A stretch of DNA of 64,000 nucleotides from Nemertoderma westbladi (GCA_032718475.1 JAUCBJ010009066.1:1-64000); one strand, 5' to 3'; numbered from the stretch's first letter, positions 23,401-38,300 are shown. Numbers and translations: made by a program. Notes: a model not told the origin generated them from the sequence alone.

Positions 23401-26400
23401 ATCAATAGGTAAAGCCAAATCAGTAAGGTAGAGCCAAATCAGTAAGATAGAGCCAAATCAGTAAGATAGAGCCAAATCAGTAAGATAGAGCCAAATCAGT
23501 ATAGATAGAGCCAAATCAGTAAGATAGAGCCAAATCAGTAGGATAGAGCCAAATCAGTTTGTAGAGCCAAATCAGTAAGATAGAGCCAAATCAGTAAGAT
23601 AGAGCCAAATCAGTAAGATAGAGCCAAATCAGTAAGATAGAGCCAAATCAGTAAGATAGAGCCAAATCAGTAAGATAGAGCCAAATCAGTAAGATAGAGC
23701 CAAATCAGTAAGATAGAGCCAAATCAGTAAGATAGAGCCAAATCAGTAATATAGAGCCAAATCAGTAAGATAGAGCCAAATCAGTAAGGTAGAGCCAAAT
23801 CAGTAAGATAGAGCCAAATCAGTAAGATAGAGCCAAATCAGTAAGATAGAGCCAAATCAGTTTGTAGAGCCAAATCAGTGTAGAGCCAAATCAATAGGTA
23901 AAGCCAAATCAGTAAGGTAGAGCCAAATCAGTAAGATAGAGCCAAATCAGTAAGATAGAGCCAAATCAGTAAGATAGAGCCAAATCAGTAAGATAGAGCC
24001 AAATCAGTAAGATAGAGCCAAATCAGTAAGATAGAGCCAAATCAGTAGGATAGAGCCAAATCAGTTTGTAGAGCCAAATCAGTAAGATAGAGCCAAATCA
24101 GTAAGATAGAGCCAAATCAGTAAGATAGAGCCAAATCAGTAAGATAGAGCCAAATCAGTAAGATAGAGCCAAATCAGTAAGATAGAGCCAAATCAGTAAG
24201 ATAGAGCCAAATCAGTAAGATAGAGCCAAATCAGTAAGATAGAGCCAAATCAGTAATGTAGAGCCAAATCAGTAAGTAGAGCCAAATCAGTAAGATAGAG
24301 CCAAATCAGTAATATAGAGCCAAATCAGTAAGATAGAGCCAAATCAGTAAGGTAGAGCCAAATCAGTAAGATAGAGCCAAATCAGTAAGATAGAGCCAAA
24401 TCAATAAGATAGAGCCAAATCAGTAAGATAGAGCCAAATCAGTAAGATAGAGCCAAATCAGTTTGTAGAGCCAAATCAGTTGTAGAACCAAATCAGTTTG
24501 TAGAGCCAAATCAGTAAGTAGAGCTAAATCAGTTGTAGAGCCAAATCAGTAAGTAGAGCTAAATCAGTTTGTAGAGCCAAATCAGTAAGTAGAGCCAAAT
24601 CAGTAAGTAGAGCCAAATCCGTATGTAGAGCCAAATCAGTAAGTAGAGCCAAATCAGTATGTAGAGCCAAATCAGTAAGTAGAGCCAAATCAGTAAGATA
24701 GAGCCAAATCAGTTTGTAGAGCCAAATCAGTAAGATAGAGCCAAATCAGTAAGATAGAGCCAAATCAGTAAGATAGAGCCAAATCAGTAAGATAGAGCCA
24801 AATCAGTAAGATAGAGCCAAATCAGTAAGATAGAGCCAAATCAGTAAGATAGAGCCAAATCAGTAAGATAGAGCCAAATCAGTAAGATAGAGCCAAATCA
24901 GTAAGATAGAGCCAAATCAGTAAGATAGAGCCAAATCAGTTTGTAGAGCCAAATCAGTTGTAGAGCCAAATCAGTTTGTAGAGCCAAATCAGTAAGTAGA
25001 GCCAAATCAGTAATGTAGAGCCAAATCAGTTATGTAGAGCCAAATCAGTAAGATAGAGCCAAATCAGTAAGATAGAGCCAAATCAGTAAGATAGAGCCAA
25101 ATCAGTAAGATAGAGCCAAATCAGTAAGTAGAGCCAAATCAGTTGTAGAGCCAAATCAGTAAGTAGAGCTAAATCAGTTAGTAGAGCCAAATCAGTAATG
25201 TAGAGCCAAATCAGTAATGTAGAGCCAAATCAGTAAGATAGAGCCAAATCAGTAAGTAGAGCCAAATCAGTAAGATAGAGCCAAATCAGTAAGATAGAGC
25301 CAAATCAGTAAGTAGAACCAAATCAGTTTGTAGAGCCAAATCAGTTTGTAGAGCCAAATCAGTGTAGAGCCAAATCAGTAGGTAGAGCCAAATCAGTAAG
25401 GTAGAGCCAAATCAGTAAGATAGAGCCAAATCAGTAAGTAGAGCCAAATCAGTAAGATAGAGCCAAATCAGTTTGTAGAGCCAAATCAGTAAGTAGAGCC
25501 AAATCAGTATGTAGAGCCAAATCAGTATGATAGAGCCAAATCAGTAAGATAGAGCCAAATCAGTAAGATAGAGCCAAATCAGTAAGATAGAGCCAAATCA
25601 GTAAGATAGAGCCAAATCAGTTTGTAGAGCCAAATCAGTTGTAGAGCCAAATCAGTTTGTAGAGCCAAATCAGTAAGTAGAGCTAAATCAGTTGTAGAAC
25701 CAAATCAGTTTGTAGAGCCAAATCAGTAAGTAGAGCTAAATCAGTAATGTAGAGCCAAATCAGTTTGTAGAGCCAAATCAGTTTGTAGAGCCAAATCAGT
25801 AAGTAGAGCTAAATCAGTAATATAGAGCCAAATCAGTTTGTAGAGCCAAATCTGTACCTAGAGCCAAATCAGTATGTAGAGCCAAATCAGTTTGTAGAGC
25901 CAAATCTGTACCTAGAGCCAAATCAGTATGTAGAGCCAAATCAGTATGTAGAGCCAAATCAGTAAGTAGAGCCAAATCAGTAACGTAGAGCCAAATCAGT
26001 ATGTAGAGTCAAATCAGTATGTAGAGCCAAATCAGTACGTAGAGCCAAATCAGTTTGTAGAGCAAAATCAGTGTAGAGCCAAATCAATAGGTAAAGCCAA
26101 ATCAGTAAGGTAGAGCCAAATCAGTAAGATAGAGCCAAATCAGTAAGATAGAGCCAAATCAGTAAGATAGAGCCAAATCAGTAAGATAGAGCCAAATCAG
26201 TAAGATAGAGCCAAATCAGTAAGATAGAGCCAAATCAGCAAGATAGAGCCAAATCAGTAAGATAGAGCCAAATCAGTAAGATAGAGCCAAATCAGTAAGA
26301 TAGAGCCAAATCAGTAAGATAGAGCCAAATCAGTAAGATAGAGCCAAATCAGTAAGATAGAGCCAAATCAGTAAGATAGAGCCAAATCAGTAAGATAGAG

Positions 26401-29400
26401 CCAAATCAGTAAGATAGAGCCAAATCAGTAAGTAGAGCCAAATCAGTAAGATAGAGCCAAAACAGTAAGATAGAGCCAAATCAGTAAGATAGAGCCAAAT
26501 CAGTAAGATAGAGCCAAATCAGTAAGATAGAGCCAAATCAGTAAGATAGAGCCAAATCAGTAAGATAGAGCCAAATCAGTAAGATAGAGCCAAATCAGTT
26601 TGTAGAGCCAAATCAGTTTGTAGAGCCAAATCAGTTTGTAGAGCCAAATCAGTTTGTAGAGCCAAATCAGTAAGTAGAGCTAAATCAGTTGTAGAACCAA
26701 ATCAGTTTGTAGAGCCAAATCAGTAAGTAGAGCTAAATCAGTAATATAGAGCCAAATCAGTAAGTAGAGCCAAATCAGTAAGATAGAGCCAAATCAGTAA
26801 GATAGAGCCAAATCAGTAAGATAGAGCCAAATCAGTAAGATAGAGCCAAATCAGTAAGATAGAGCCAAATCAGTTTGTAGAGCCAAATCAGTTTGTAGAG
26901 CCAAATCAGTTTGTAGAGCCAAATCAGTAAGTAGAGCTAAATCAGTTGTAGAACCAAATCAGTTTGTAGAGCCAAATCAGTAAGTAGAGCTAAATCAGTA
27001 ATATAGAGCCAAATCAGTTTGTAGAGCCAAATCAGTAAGTAGAGCTAAATCAGTTGTAGAGCCAAATCAGTAAGTAGAGCTAAATCAGTAAGATAGAGCC
27101 AAATCAGTATCTAGAGCCAAATCTGTACCTAGAGCCAAATCAGTATGTAGAGCCAAATCAGTATGTAGAGCCAAATCAGTAAGTAGAGCCAAATCAGTAA
27201 CGTAGAGCCAAATCAGTATGTAGAGTCAAATCAGTATGTAGAGCCAAATCAGTACGTAGAGCCAAATCAGTTTGTAGAGCCAAATCAGTGTAGAGCCAAA
27301 TCAATAGGTAAAGCCAAATCAGTAAGGTAGAGCCAAATCAGTAAGATAGAGCCAAATCAGTAAGATAGAGCCAAATCAGTAAGATAGAGCCAAATCAGTA
27401 AGATAGAGCCAAATCAGTAAGATATAGCCAAATCAGTAAGATAGAGCCAAATCAGTAGGATAGAGCCAAATCAGTTTGTAGAGCCAAATCAGTAAGATAG
27501 AGCCAAATCAGTAAGATAGAGCCAAATCAGTAAGATAGAGCCAAATCAGTAAGATAGAGCCAAATCAGTAAGATAGAGCCAAATCAGTAAGATAGAGCCA
27601 AATCAGTAAGATAGAGCCAAATCAGTAAGATAGAGCCAAATCAGTAAGATAGAGCCAAATCAGTAATATAGAGCCAAATCAGTAAGATAGAGCCAAATCA
27701 GTAAGGTAGAGCCAAATCAGTAAGATAGAGCCAAATCAGTAAGATAGAGCCAAATCAGTAAGATAGAGCCAAATCAGTTTGTAGAGCCAAATCAGTGTAG
27801 AGCCAAATCAATAGGTAAAGCCAAATCAGTAAGGTAGAGCCAAATCAGTAAGATAGAGCCAAATCAGTAAGATAGAGCCAAATCAGTAAGATAGAGCCAA
27901 ATCAGTAAGATAGAGCCAAATCAGTAAGATAGAGCCAAATCAGTAAGATAGAGCCAAATCAGTAGGATAGAGCCAAATCAGTTTGTAGAGCCAAATCAGT
28001 AAGATAGAGCCAAATCAGTAAGATAGAGCCAAATCAGTAAGATAGAGCCAAATCAGTAAGATAGAGCCAAATCAGTAAGATAGAGCCAAATCAGTAAGAT
28101 AGAGCCAAATCAGTAAGATAGAGCCAAATCAGTAAGATAGAGCCAAATCAGTAAGATAGAGCCAAATCAGTAATGTAGAGCCAAATCAGTAAGTAGAGCC
28201 AAATCAGTAAGATAGAGCCAAATCAGTAATATAGAGCCAAATCAGTAAGATAGAGCCAAATCAGTAAGGTAGAGCCAAATCAGTAAGATAGAGCCAAATC
28301 AGTAAGATAGAGCCAAATCAATAAGATAGAGCCAAATCAGTAAGATAGAGCCAAATCAGTAAGATAGAGCCAAATCAGTTTGTAGAGCCAAATCAGTTGT
28401 AGAACCAAATCAGTTTGTAGAGCCAAATCAGTAAGTAGAGCTAAATCAGTTGTAGAGCCAAATCAGTAAGTAGAGCTAAATCAGTTTGTAGAGCCAAATC
28501 AGTAAGTAGAGCCAAATCAGTAAGTAGAGCCAAATCCGTATGTAGAGCCAAATCAGTAAGTAGAGCTAAATCAGTTGTAGAGCCAAATCAGTAAGTAGAG
28601 CCAAATCAGTAAGATAGAGCCAAATCAGTTTGTAGAGCCAAATCAGTAAGATAGAGCCAAATCAGTAAGATAGAGCCAAATCAGTAATATAGAGCCAAAT
28701 CAGTAAGATAGAGCCAAATCAGTAAGGTAGAGCCAAATCAGTAAGATAGAGCCAAATCAGTAAGATAGAGCCAAATCAGTAAGATAGAGCCAAATCAGTA
28801 AGATAGAGCCAAATCAGTAAGATAGAGCCAAATCAGTAAGATAGAGCCAAATCAGTTTGTAGAGCCAAATCAGTTGTAGAACCAAATCAGTTTGTAGAGC
28901 CAAATCAGTAAGTAGAGCTAAATCAGTTGTAGAACCAAATCAGTTTGTAGAGCCAAATCAGTAAGTAGAGCTAAATCAGTAATATAGAGCCAAATCAGTT
29001 TGTAGAGCTAAATCAGTAATATAGAGCCAAATCAGTAAGTAGAGCTAAATCAGTTGTAGAGCCAAATCAGTAAGTAGAGCTAAATCAGTTTGTAGAGCCA
29101 AATCAGTAAGTAGAGCCAAATCCGTATGTAGAGCCAAATCAGTAAGTAGAGCTAAATCAGTTGTAGAGCCAAATCAGTAAGTAGAGCCAAATCAGTAAGA
29201 TAGAGCCAAATCAGTTTGTAGAGCCAAATCAGTAAGTAGAACCAAATCAGTTTGTAGAGCCAAATCAGTTTGTAGAGCCAAATCAGTGTAGAGCCAAATC
29301 AATAGGTAAAGCCAAATCAGTAAGGTAGAGCCAAATCAGTAAGATAGAGCCAAATCTGTACCTAGAGCCAAATCAGTATGTAGAGCCAAATCAGTTTGTA

Positions 29401-30342
29401 GAGCCAAATCTGTACCTAGAGCCAAATCAGTATGTAGAGCCAAATCAGTATGTAGAGCTAAATCAGTAATATAGAGCCAAATCAGTTTGTAGAGCTAAAT
29501 CAGTAATATAGAGCCAAATCAGTTTGTAGAGCCAAATCAGTAAGTAGAGCTAAATCAGTTGTAGAGCCAAATCAGTAAGTAGAGCCAAATCAGTAAGATA
29601 GAGCCAAATCAGTTTGTAGAGCCAAATCAGTAAGTAGAGCCAAATCAGTAACGTAGAGCTAAATCAGTACGTAGAGCCAAATCAGTTTGTAGAGCCAAAT
29701 CAGTGTAGAGCCAAATCAATAGGTAAAGCCAAATCAGTAAGGTAGAGCCAAATCAGTAAGATAGAGCCAAATCTGTACCTATAGCCAAATCAGTATGTAG
29801 AGCCAAATCAGTTTGTAGAGCCAAATCTGTACCTAGAGCCAAATCAGTATGTAGAGCCAAATCAGTATGTAGAGCCAAATCAGTAAGTAGAGCCAAATCA
29901 GTAACGTAGAGCCAAATCAGTATGTAGAGTCAAATCAGTATGTAGAGCCAAATCAGTACGTAGAGCCAAATCAGTTTGTAGAGCCAAATCAATAGGTAAA
30001 GCCAAATCAGTAAGGTAGAGCCAAATCAGTAAGATAGAGCCAAATCAGTAAGATAGAGCCAAATCAGTAAGATAGAGCCAAATCAGTAAGATAGAGCCAA
30101 ATCAGTAAGATAGAGCCAAATCAGTAAGATAGAGCCAAATCAGTAAGATAGAGCCAAATCAGTAAGATAGAGCCAAATCAGTAAGATAGAGCCAAATCAG
30201 TTTGTAGAGCCAAATCAGTAAGATAGAGCCAAATCAGTAACGTAGAGCTAAATCAGTATGTGGAGCCAAATGAGTATGTAGAGCCAAATCAGTACGTAGA
30301 GCCAAATCAGTTTGTAGAGCCAAATCAGTAATGTAGGGCAAA
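20491..30342. repeat. 18-19-bp satellite filling almost an entire intron
   Basis: (agagccaaatcagtaagat / agagccaaatcagtttgt)n, about 9.8 kb. Confidence 0.97.
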
Positions 30343-30358
30343 TAATGAAACAACTCAC

Positions 30359-30481
30359 CATGGCGTCGTCATATTTAAACCATTGCCCCTTCCCGTAGAC
30401 CGTTGCTATGCCAACATAGTGCCCGGAATGGGGACTGGATCCGTGATGAAGAATAGCGCCAACTAGCGTATAATTGTGGCG
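30359..30481 (-). CDS. USP36/42-like exon, His box
   Basis: Reads RHNYTLVGAILHHGSSPHSGHYVG...QWFKYDDAM. Acceptor ttgcag|, donor ATG|GTGAGT; phase 0 to 0. Confidence 0.93.
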
Positions 30482-30844
30482 CTGCAAATTAAATAAACAT
30501 TATAGACAGAGGAAGTCAATAAATGTAATCATAGTGAAAGCGAAACACATTAACCACAACCCATGTATCAATAAAGTCAACTAATATATAACGACTAGTG
30601 TTAACTCTAACCCTCTGTTAACTAGTGTTAACTAAAACTTACAACTGTAACCATTTACTTTATCACTCATTTATTATTACTTTTGACGGTGTTTATTATT
30701 TATTACTTTATTATTAAGTTGAATGATTATCCATTGAACGAACTGCATAGTAAAATAATTTCAAAATCATTTCTAAATCTAAAATTACAAGATTCTAATT
30801 TACCCGATTAGGTAAATTAGTTTTGTACTGATATAGTTATGTAA

Positions 30845-31223
30845 CGGCCTGTTTACACGTGGGAACTTCTAGAGCAACTTTCTCGGCAACTTGTAGAGCA
30901 ACCCAGGTTGCCGATCAAGTTGCTCCGTGTAAACACGCAAAAAAGTTGCCGTAAAAGTTGCTCAACTTTTACGGCAACTTGAAGGAATTTGCGTTGGCGA
31001 ATTAGAGAGGGATAATTAGATTAAATTATCAAAAACTAGATAGTAGGCAAAATGACCCACTATTTTACAGTTAAACTAGCCAAGTTGCTCTAAAAGTTGC
31101 CGGCCAAAAGTTGCTGGTAAAGTTGCCACGTGTAAACAGCTATTAAATTAAGCTGCTCCAAAAAAAGTTGCTAGTTGCTGAGAAAGTTGCTCTAAAAGTG
31201 GCCACGTGCATGTAAACAGGCCT
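30845..31223. mobile_element. PIF/Harbinger-like MITE
   Basis: TIRs ggcctgtttacac.../...gtaaacaggcc with TAA on both flanks. Many internal aagttgc/gcaactt motifs. Confidence 0.75.
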
Positions 31224-31360
31224 TAATGGACATACCTAAAGGAAGGCGGTAAGCAAACAAGGCCTAACAGTTTGTTCTAGAACATATTTTCCAAAAGACT
31301 ATTGAAAAACTTAACAATTTACTCACGTCTTGGTAGTGGGTATTAACTGTTGTAAATGGA

Positions 31361-32067
31361 CCGATGTTCTTAGATACAGATGTTCTTGGATAATATGTTA
31401 TATTCCATTGCCAGAGCTACCACATCACCTTGTTTGCTATGAGCTTAGAGTGTGCGTTTAGTGTCTTTTTACATTTCAACAACTTGGTTCTTCTTTCTTC
31501 TCTGTCTTCTGTTCCAGTAGCCAATTTATCGACCCCAGTCTGGTGAACCACTGGGGGACGCGGTCCTTGTTGACACGGGCGACGACCGAGCCGGTATTTC
31601 TCCAGGAGGGTTCTCATACTCATATCTTTCAGTTGCGGGAGTAAACCGCTTGTGGTCGCAACTCCTACAAGCGTCTTCGCAGTAGGTCGCCGTTGGTTGA
31701 TTACCTTCCGCCGACCTTGTCAGCATGTCTATAGCCATTGGTTGCTTACCTTCCGTCTATCCATGGCCTACAGCCCTGCTGCCGACTGTAGGGGTCCCTT
31801 TGTTACACCCTGAACCAAGTGTGTCTCCTGGGTTAGGTTACCTAACACTAGAGGAAAATTCAGTATAGACAGAGTGGCGTGGGTGCATTTCTATTGCAGA
31901 TTCATTCATGTGACTCAAGCCTTTGCTTTCAATGGTGCCCTAGGCACTGTAGCCCTATCAATGAATTATTTAGTTGACGGGACTTACAAACGCACTCTTG
32001 AATAAGTCTTGATCAACTAAATGATGAATCGGCTATACTGGCGCGGATCGGGGTGCCCTACTGGGCT
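31361..32067 (-). mobile_element. 5' fragment of the same RTE family as 3963-7384
   Basis: Colinear with about 6689-7384. Homology of the two copies ends at tgccctactgggct, which defines the element 5' end. Confidence 0.9.
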
Positions 32068-32244
32068 GACAGCTACTTACAGGTAGTACCACATTACTGC
32101 CATAGTGGGAGCAGAATCTGGGTACTCTGAACTGACTTGTCTCGTTGTCTCCTCTGGTCGTCAACTTGGAATTAACTGTTGTAAATGATAGTAGCAATGT
32201 GTTGGCAAGCTGTGTTTTTCGAGGTGTTTTTGTTTATTATACAT

Positions 32245-32380
32245 TTATTATGGGAACGGCTCTAGGGGTCTCTCGAAAGAAAAATATATTTTACCAATTG
32301 TGAAAATAAAAGATAAGTTATTTAAGGTAAAACAAACTTATCATTCGTGGTTAAGACCCCTCTAACCTTTCCCATAATAA
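32245..32380. mobile_element. Small MITE-like inverted-repeat element at the satellite edge
   Basis: Imperfect TIRs ttattatgggaacggctctaggggtct and agacccctctaacctttcccataataa. Confidence 0.5.
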
Positions 32381-35300
32381 CTGTTGTAAATGGACTGCTT
32401 TACTCACCAGGGTATTAACTGTTGTAAATGGACCGATATCTTTACTCACCTGGGTATTAACTGTTGTAAATGGACCGATATCTTTACTCACCTGGGTATT
32501 ATATAACTGTTGTAAATGGACCGATATCTTTACTCACCCGGGTATTAACTGTTGTAAATGGACCGATATCTTTACTCACCTGGGTATTAACTGTTGTAAA
32601 TGGACCGATATCTTTACTCACCTGGGTATTAACTGTTGTAAATGGACCGATATCTTTACTCACCTGGGTATTATATAACTGTTGTAAATGGACCGATATC
32701 TTTACTCACCCGGGTATTAACTGTTGTAAATGGACCGATATCTTTACTCACCTGGGTATTATATAACTGTTGTAAATGGACCGATATCTTTACTCACCCG
32801 GGTATTAACTGTTGTAAATGGACCGATATCTTTACTCACCCGGGTATTAACTGTTGTAAATGGACCAATATCTTTACTCACCCGGGTATTAACTGTTGTA
32901 AATGGACCGATATCTTTATTCACCTGGGTATTATATAACTGTTGTAAATGGACCGATATCTTTACTCACCCGGGTATTAACTGTTGTAAATGGACCGATA
33001 TCTTTACTCACCCGGGTATTAACTGTTGTAAATGGACCGATATCTTTACTCACCCGGGTATTAACTGTTGTAAATGGACCAATATCTTTACTCACCCGGG
33101 TATTAACTGTTGTAAATGGACCGATATCTTTATTCACCTGGGTATTATATAACTGTTGTAAATGGACCGATATCTTTACTCACCCGGGTATTAACTGTTG
33201 TAAATGGACCGATATCTCTACTCACCTGGGTCTTAACTGTTGTAAATGGACCGATATCTTTACTCACCTGGGTATTAACTGTTGTAAATGGACCGATATC
33301 TTTACTCACCTGGGTATTATATTAACTGTTGTAAATGGACCGATATCTTTATTCACCTGGGTATTATATAACTGTTGTAAATGGACCGATATCTTTACTC
33401 ACCTGGGTATTATATAACTGTTGTAAATGGACCGATATCTTTACTCACCCGGGTATTAACTGTTGTAAATGGACCGATATCTTTACTCACCTGGGTCTTA
33501 ACTGTTGTAAATGGACCGATATCTTTACTCACCTGGGTATTAACTGTTGTAAATGGACTGATATCTTTACTCACCTGGGTATTATATAACTGTTGTAAAT
33601 GGACCGATATCTTTACTCACCCGGGTATTAACTGTTGTAAATGGACCGATATCTTTACTCACCCGGGTATTAACTGTTGTAAATGGACCAATATCTTTAC
33701 TCACCCGGGTATTAACTGTTGTAAATGGACCGATATCTTTATTCACCTGGGTATTATATAACTGTTGTAAATGGACCGATATCTTTACTCACCCGGGTAT
33801 TAACTGTTGTAAATGGACCGATATCTTTACTCACCTGGGTCTTAACTGTTGTAAATGGACCGATATCTTTACTCACCTGGGTATTAACTGTTGTAAATGG
33901 ACCGATATCTTTACTCACCTGGGTATTATATTAACTGTTGTAAATGGACCGATATCTTTACTCACCTGGGTCTTAACTGTTGTAAATGGACCGATATCTT
34001 TACTCACCTGGGTATTAACTGTTGTAAATGGACCGATATCTTTACTCACCTGGGTATTATATTAACTGTTGTAAATGGACCGATATCTTTATTCACCTGG
34101 GTATTATATAACTGTTGTAAATGGACCGATATCTTTACTCACCTGGGTATTATATAACTGTTGTAAATGGACCGATATCTTTACTCACCCGGGTATTAAC
34201 TGTTGTAAATGGACCGATATCTTTACTCACCTGGGTCTTAACTGTTGTAAATGGACCGATATCTTTACTCACCTGGGTATTAACTGTTGTAAATGGACTG
34301 ATATCTTTACTCACCTGGGTATTATATAACTGTTGTAAATGGACCGATATCTTTACTCACCCGGGTATTAACTGTTGTAAATGGACCGATATCTTTACTC
34401 ACCCGGGTATTAACTGTTGTAAATGGACCAATATCTTTACTCACCCGGGTATTAACTGTTGTAAATGGACCGATATCTTTATTCACCTGGGTATTATATA
34501 ACTGTTGTAAATGGACCGATATCTTTACTCACCCGGGTATTAACTGTTGTAAATGGACCGATATCTTTACTCACCTGGGTCTTAACTGTTGTAAATGGAC
34601 CGATATCTTTACTCACCTGGGTATTAACTGTTGTAAATGGACCGATATCTTTACTCACCTGGGTATTATATTAACTGTTGTAAATGGACCGATATCTTTA
34701 TTCACCTGGGTATTATATAACTGTTGTAAATGGACCGATATCTTTACTCACCTGGGTATTATATAACTGTTGTAAATGGACCGATATCTTTACTCACCCG
34801 GGTATTAACTGTTGTAAATGGACCGATATCTTTACTCACCTGGGTCTTAACTGTTGTAAATGGACCGATATCTTTACTCACCTGGGTATTAACTGTTGTA
34901 AATGGACTGATATCTTTACTCACCTGGGTATTATATAACTGTTGTAAATGGACCGATATCTTTACTCACCTGGGTATTAATTGTTGTAAATGGACCGATA
35001 TCTTTACTCACCCGGGTATTAACTGTTGTAAATGGACCGATATCTTTACTCACCCGGGTATTAACTGTTGTAAATGGACCGATATCTTTATTCACCTGGG
35101 TATTATATAACTGTTGTAAATGGACCGATATCTTTACTCACCCGGGTATTAACTGTTGTAAATGGACCGATATCTTTACTCACCTGGGTCTTAACTGTTG
35201 TAAATGGACCGATATCTTTACTCACCTGGGTATTAACTGTTGTAAATGGACCGATATCTTTACTCACCTGGGTATTATATTAACTGTTGTAAATGGACCG

Positions 35301-38300
35301 ATATCTTTATTCACCTGGGTATTATATAACTGTTGTAAATGGACCGATATCTTTACTCACCCGGGTATTAACTGTTGTAAATGGACCGATATCTTTACTC
35401 ACCTGGGTATTAACTGTTGTAAATGGACCGACATCTTTACTCACCTGGGTATTAACTGTTGTAAATGGACCGATATCTTTACTCACCCGGGTATTAACTG
35501 TTGTAAATGGACCGATATCTTTACTCACCTGGGTATTAACTGTTGTAAATGGACCGATATCTTTACTCACCCGGGTATTAACTGTTGTAAATGGACCGAT
35601 ATCTTTACTCACCTGGGTATTAACTGTTGTAAATGGACCGATATCTTTACTCACCTGGGTATTAACTGTTGTAAATGGACCGATATCTTTATTCACCTGG
35701 GTATTATATAACTGTTGTAAATGGACCGATATCTTTACTCACCTGGGTATTAACTGTTGTAAATGGACCGATATCTTTACTCACCTGGGTATTAACTGTT
35801 GTAAATGGACCGATATCTTTACTCACCTGGGTATTAACTGTTGAAATGGACCGATATCTTTATTCGCCTGGGTATTATATAACTGTTGTAAATGGACCGA
35901 TATCTTTACTCACCTGGGTATTAACTGTTGTAAATGGACCGATATCTTTACTCACCTGGGTATTAACTGTTGTAAATGGACCGATATCTTTATTCACCTG
36001 GGTATTATATAACTGTTGTAAATGGACCGATATCTTTACTCACCTGGGTATTAACTGTTGTAAATGGACCGATATCTTTACTCACCTGGGTATTAACTGT
36101 TGTAAATGGACCGATATCTTTACTCACCTGGGTATTAACTGTTGAAATGGACCGATATCTTTATTCACCTGGGTATTATATAACTGTTGTAAATGGACCG
36201 ATATCTTTACTCACCTGGGTATTAACTGTTGTAAATGGACCGATATCTTTACTCACCTGGGTATTAACTGTTGTAAATGGACCGATATCTTTATTCACCT
36301 GGGTATTATATAACTGTTGTAAATGGACCGATATCTTTACTCACCTGGGTATTAACTGTTGTAAATGGACCGATATCTTTACTCACCTGGGTATTAACTG
36401 TTGTAAATGGACCGATATCTTTACTCACCTGGGTATTAACAGTTGTAAATGGACCGATATCTTTACTCACCTGGGTATTAACTGTTGTAAATGGACCGAT
36501 ATCTTTACTCACCTGGGTATTAACAGTTGTAAATGGACCGATATCTTTACTCACCTGGGTATTAACTGTTGTAAATGGACCGATATCTTTACTCACCTGG
36601 GTATTAACTGTTGTAAATGGACCGATATCTTTATTCACCTGGGTATTATATAACTGTTGTAAATGGACCGATATCTTTACTCACCTGGGTATTAACTGTT
36701 GTAAATGGACCGATATCTTTACTCACCTGGGTATTAACTGTTTTAAATGGACCGATATCTTTACTCACCAGGGTATTAACTGTTGTAAATGGACCGATAT
36801 CTTTACTCACCAGGGTATTAACTGTTGTAAATGGACCGATATCTTTACTCACCTGGGTATTAACTGTTGTAAATGGACCGATATATTTACTCACCAGGGT
36901 ATTAACTGTTGTAAATGGACCGATATCTTTATTCACCTGGGTATTATATAACTCTTTAACTGTTGTAAATGGACCGATATCTTTACTCACCTGGGTATTA
37001 ACTGTTGTAAATGGACCGATATCTTTACTCACCTGGGTATTAACTGTTGTAAATGGACCGATATCTTTACTCACCTGGGTATTAACTGTTGTAAATTGAC
37101 CGATATCTTTACTCACCCGGGTATTAACTGTTGTAAATGGACCGATATCTTTACTCACCTGGGTATTAACTGTTGTAAATGGACCGATATCTTTATTCAC
37201 CTGGGTATTATATAACTGTTGTAAATGGACCGATATCTTTACTCACCTGGGTATTAACTGTTGTAAATGGACCGATATCTTTACTCACCTGGGTATTAAC
37301 TGTTGCAAATGGACCGATATCTTTACTCACCTGGGTATAACTGTTGTAAATGGACCGATATCTTTACTCACCTGGGTATTAACTGTTGCAAATGGACCGA
37401 TATATTTACTCACCTGGGTATTAACTGTTGTAAATGGACCGATATCTTTACTCACCCGGGTATTAACTGTTGTAAATGGACCGATATCTTTACTCACCTG
37501 GGTATTAACTGTTGTAAATTGACCGATATCTTTACTCACCCGGGTATTAACTGTTGTAAATGGACCGATATCTTTACTCACCTGGGTATTAACTGTTGTA
37601 AATGGACCGATATCTTTATTCACCTGGGTATTAACTGTTGTAAATGGACCGATATCTTTACTCACCTGGGTATTAACTGTTGTAAATGGACCGATATCTT
37701 TACTCACCCGGGTATTAACTGTTGTAAATGGACCGATATCTTTACTCACCTGGGTATTAACTGTTGTAAATGGACCGATATCTTTATTCACCTGGGTATT
37801 ATATAACTGTTGTAAATGGACCGATATCTTTACTCACCTGGGTATTAACTGTTGTAAATGGACCGATATCTTTACTCACCTGGGTATTAACTGTTGCAAA
37901 TGGACCGATATCTTTACTCACCTGGGTATAACTGTTGTAAATGGACCGATATCTTTACTCACCTGGGTATTAACTGTTGTAAATGGACCGATATATTTAC
38001 TCACCTGGGTATTAACTGTTGTAAATGGACCGATATCTTTACTCACCCGGGTATTAACTGTTGTAAATGGACCGATATCTTTACTCACCTGGGTATTAAC
38101 TGTTGTAAATTGACCGATATCTTTACTCACCCGGGTATTAACTGTTGTAAATGGACCGATATCTTTACTCACCTGGGTATTAACTGTTGTAAATGGACCG
38201 ATATCTTTATTCACCTGGGTATTAACTGTTGTAAATGGACCGATATCTTTACTCACCTGGGTATTAACTGTTGTAAATGGACCGATATCTTTACTCACCC

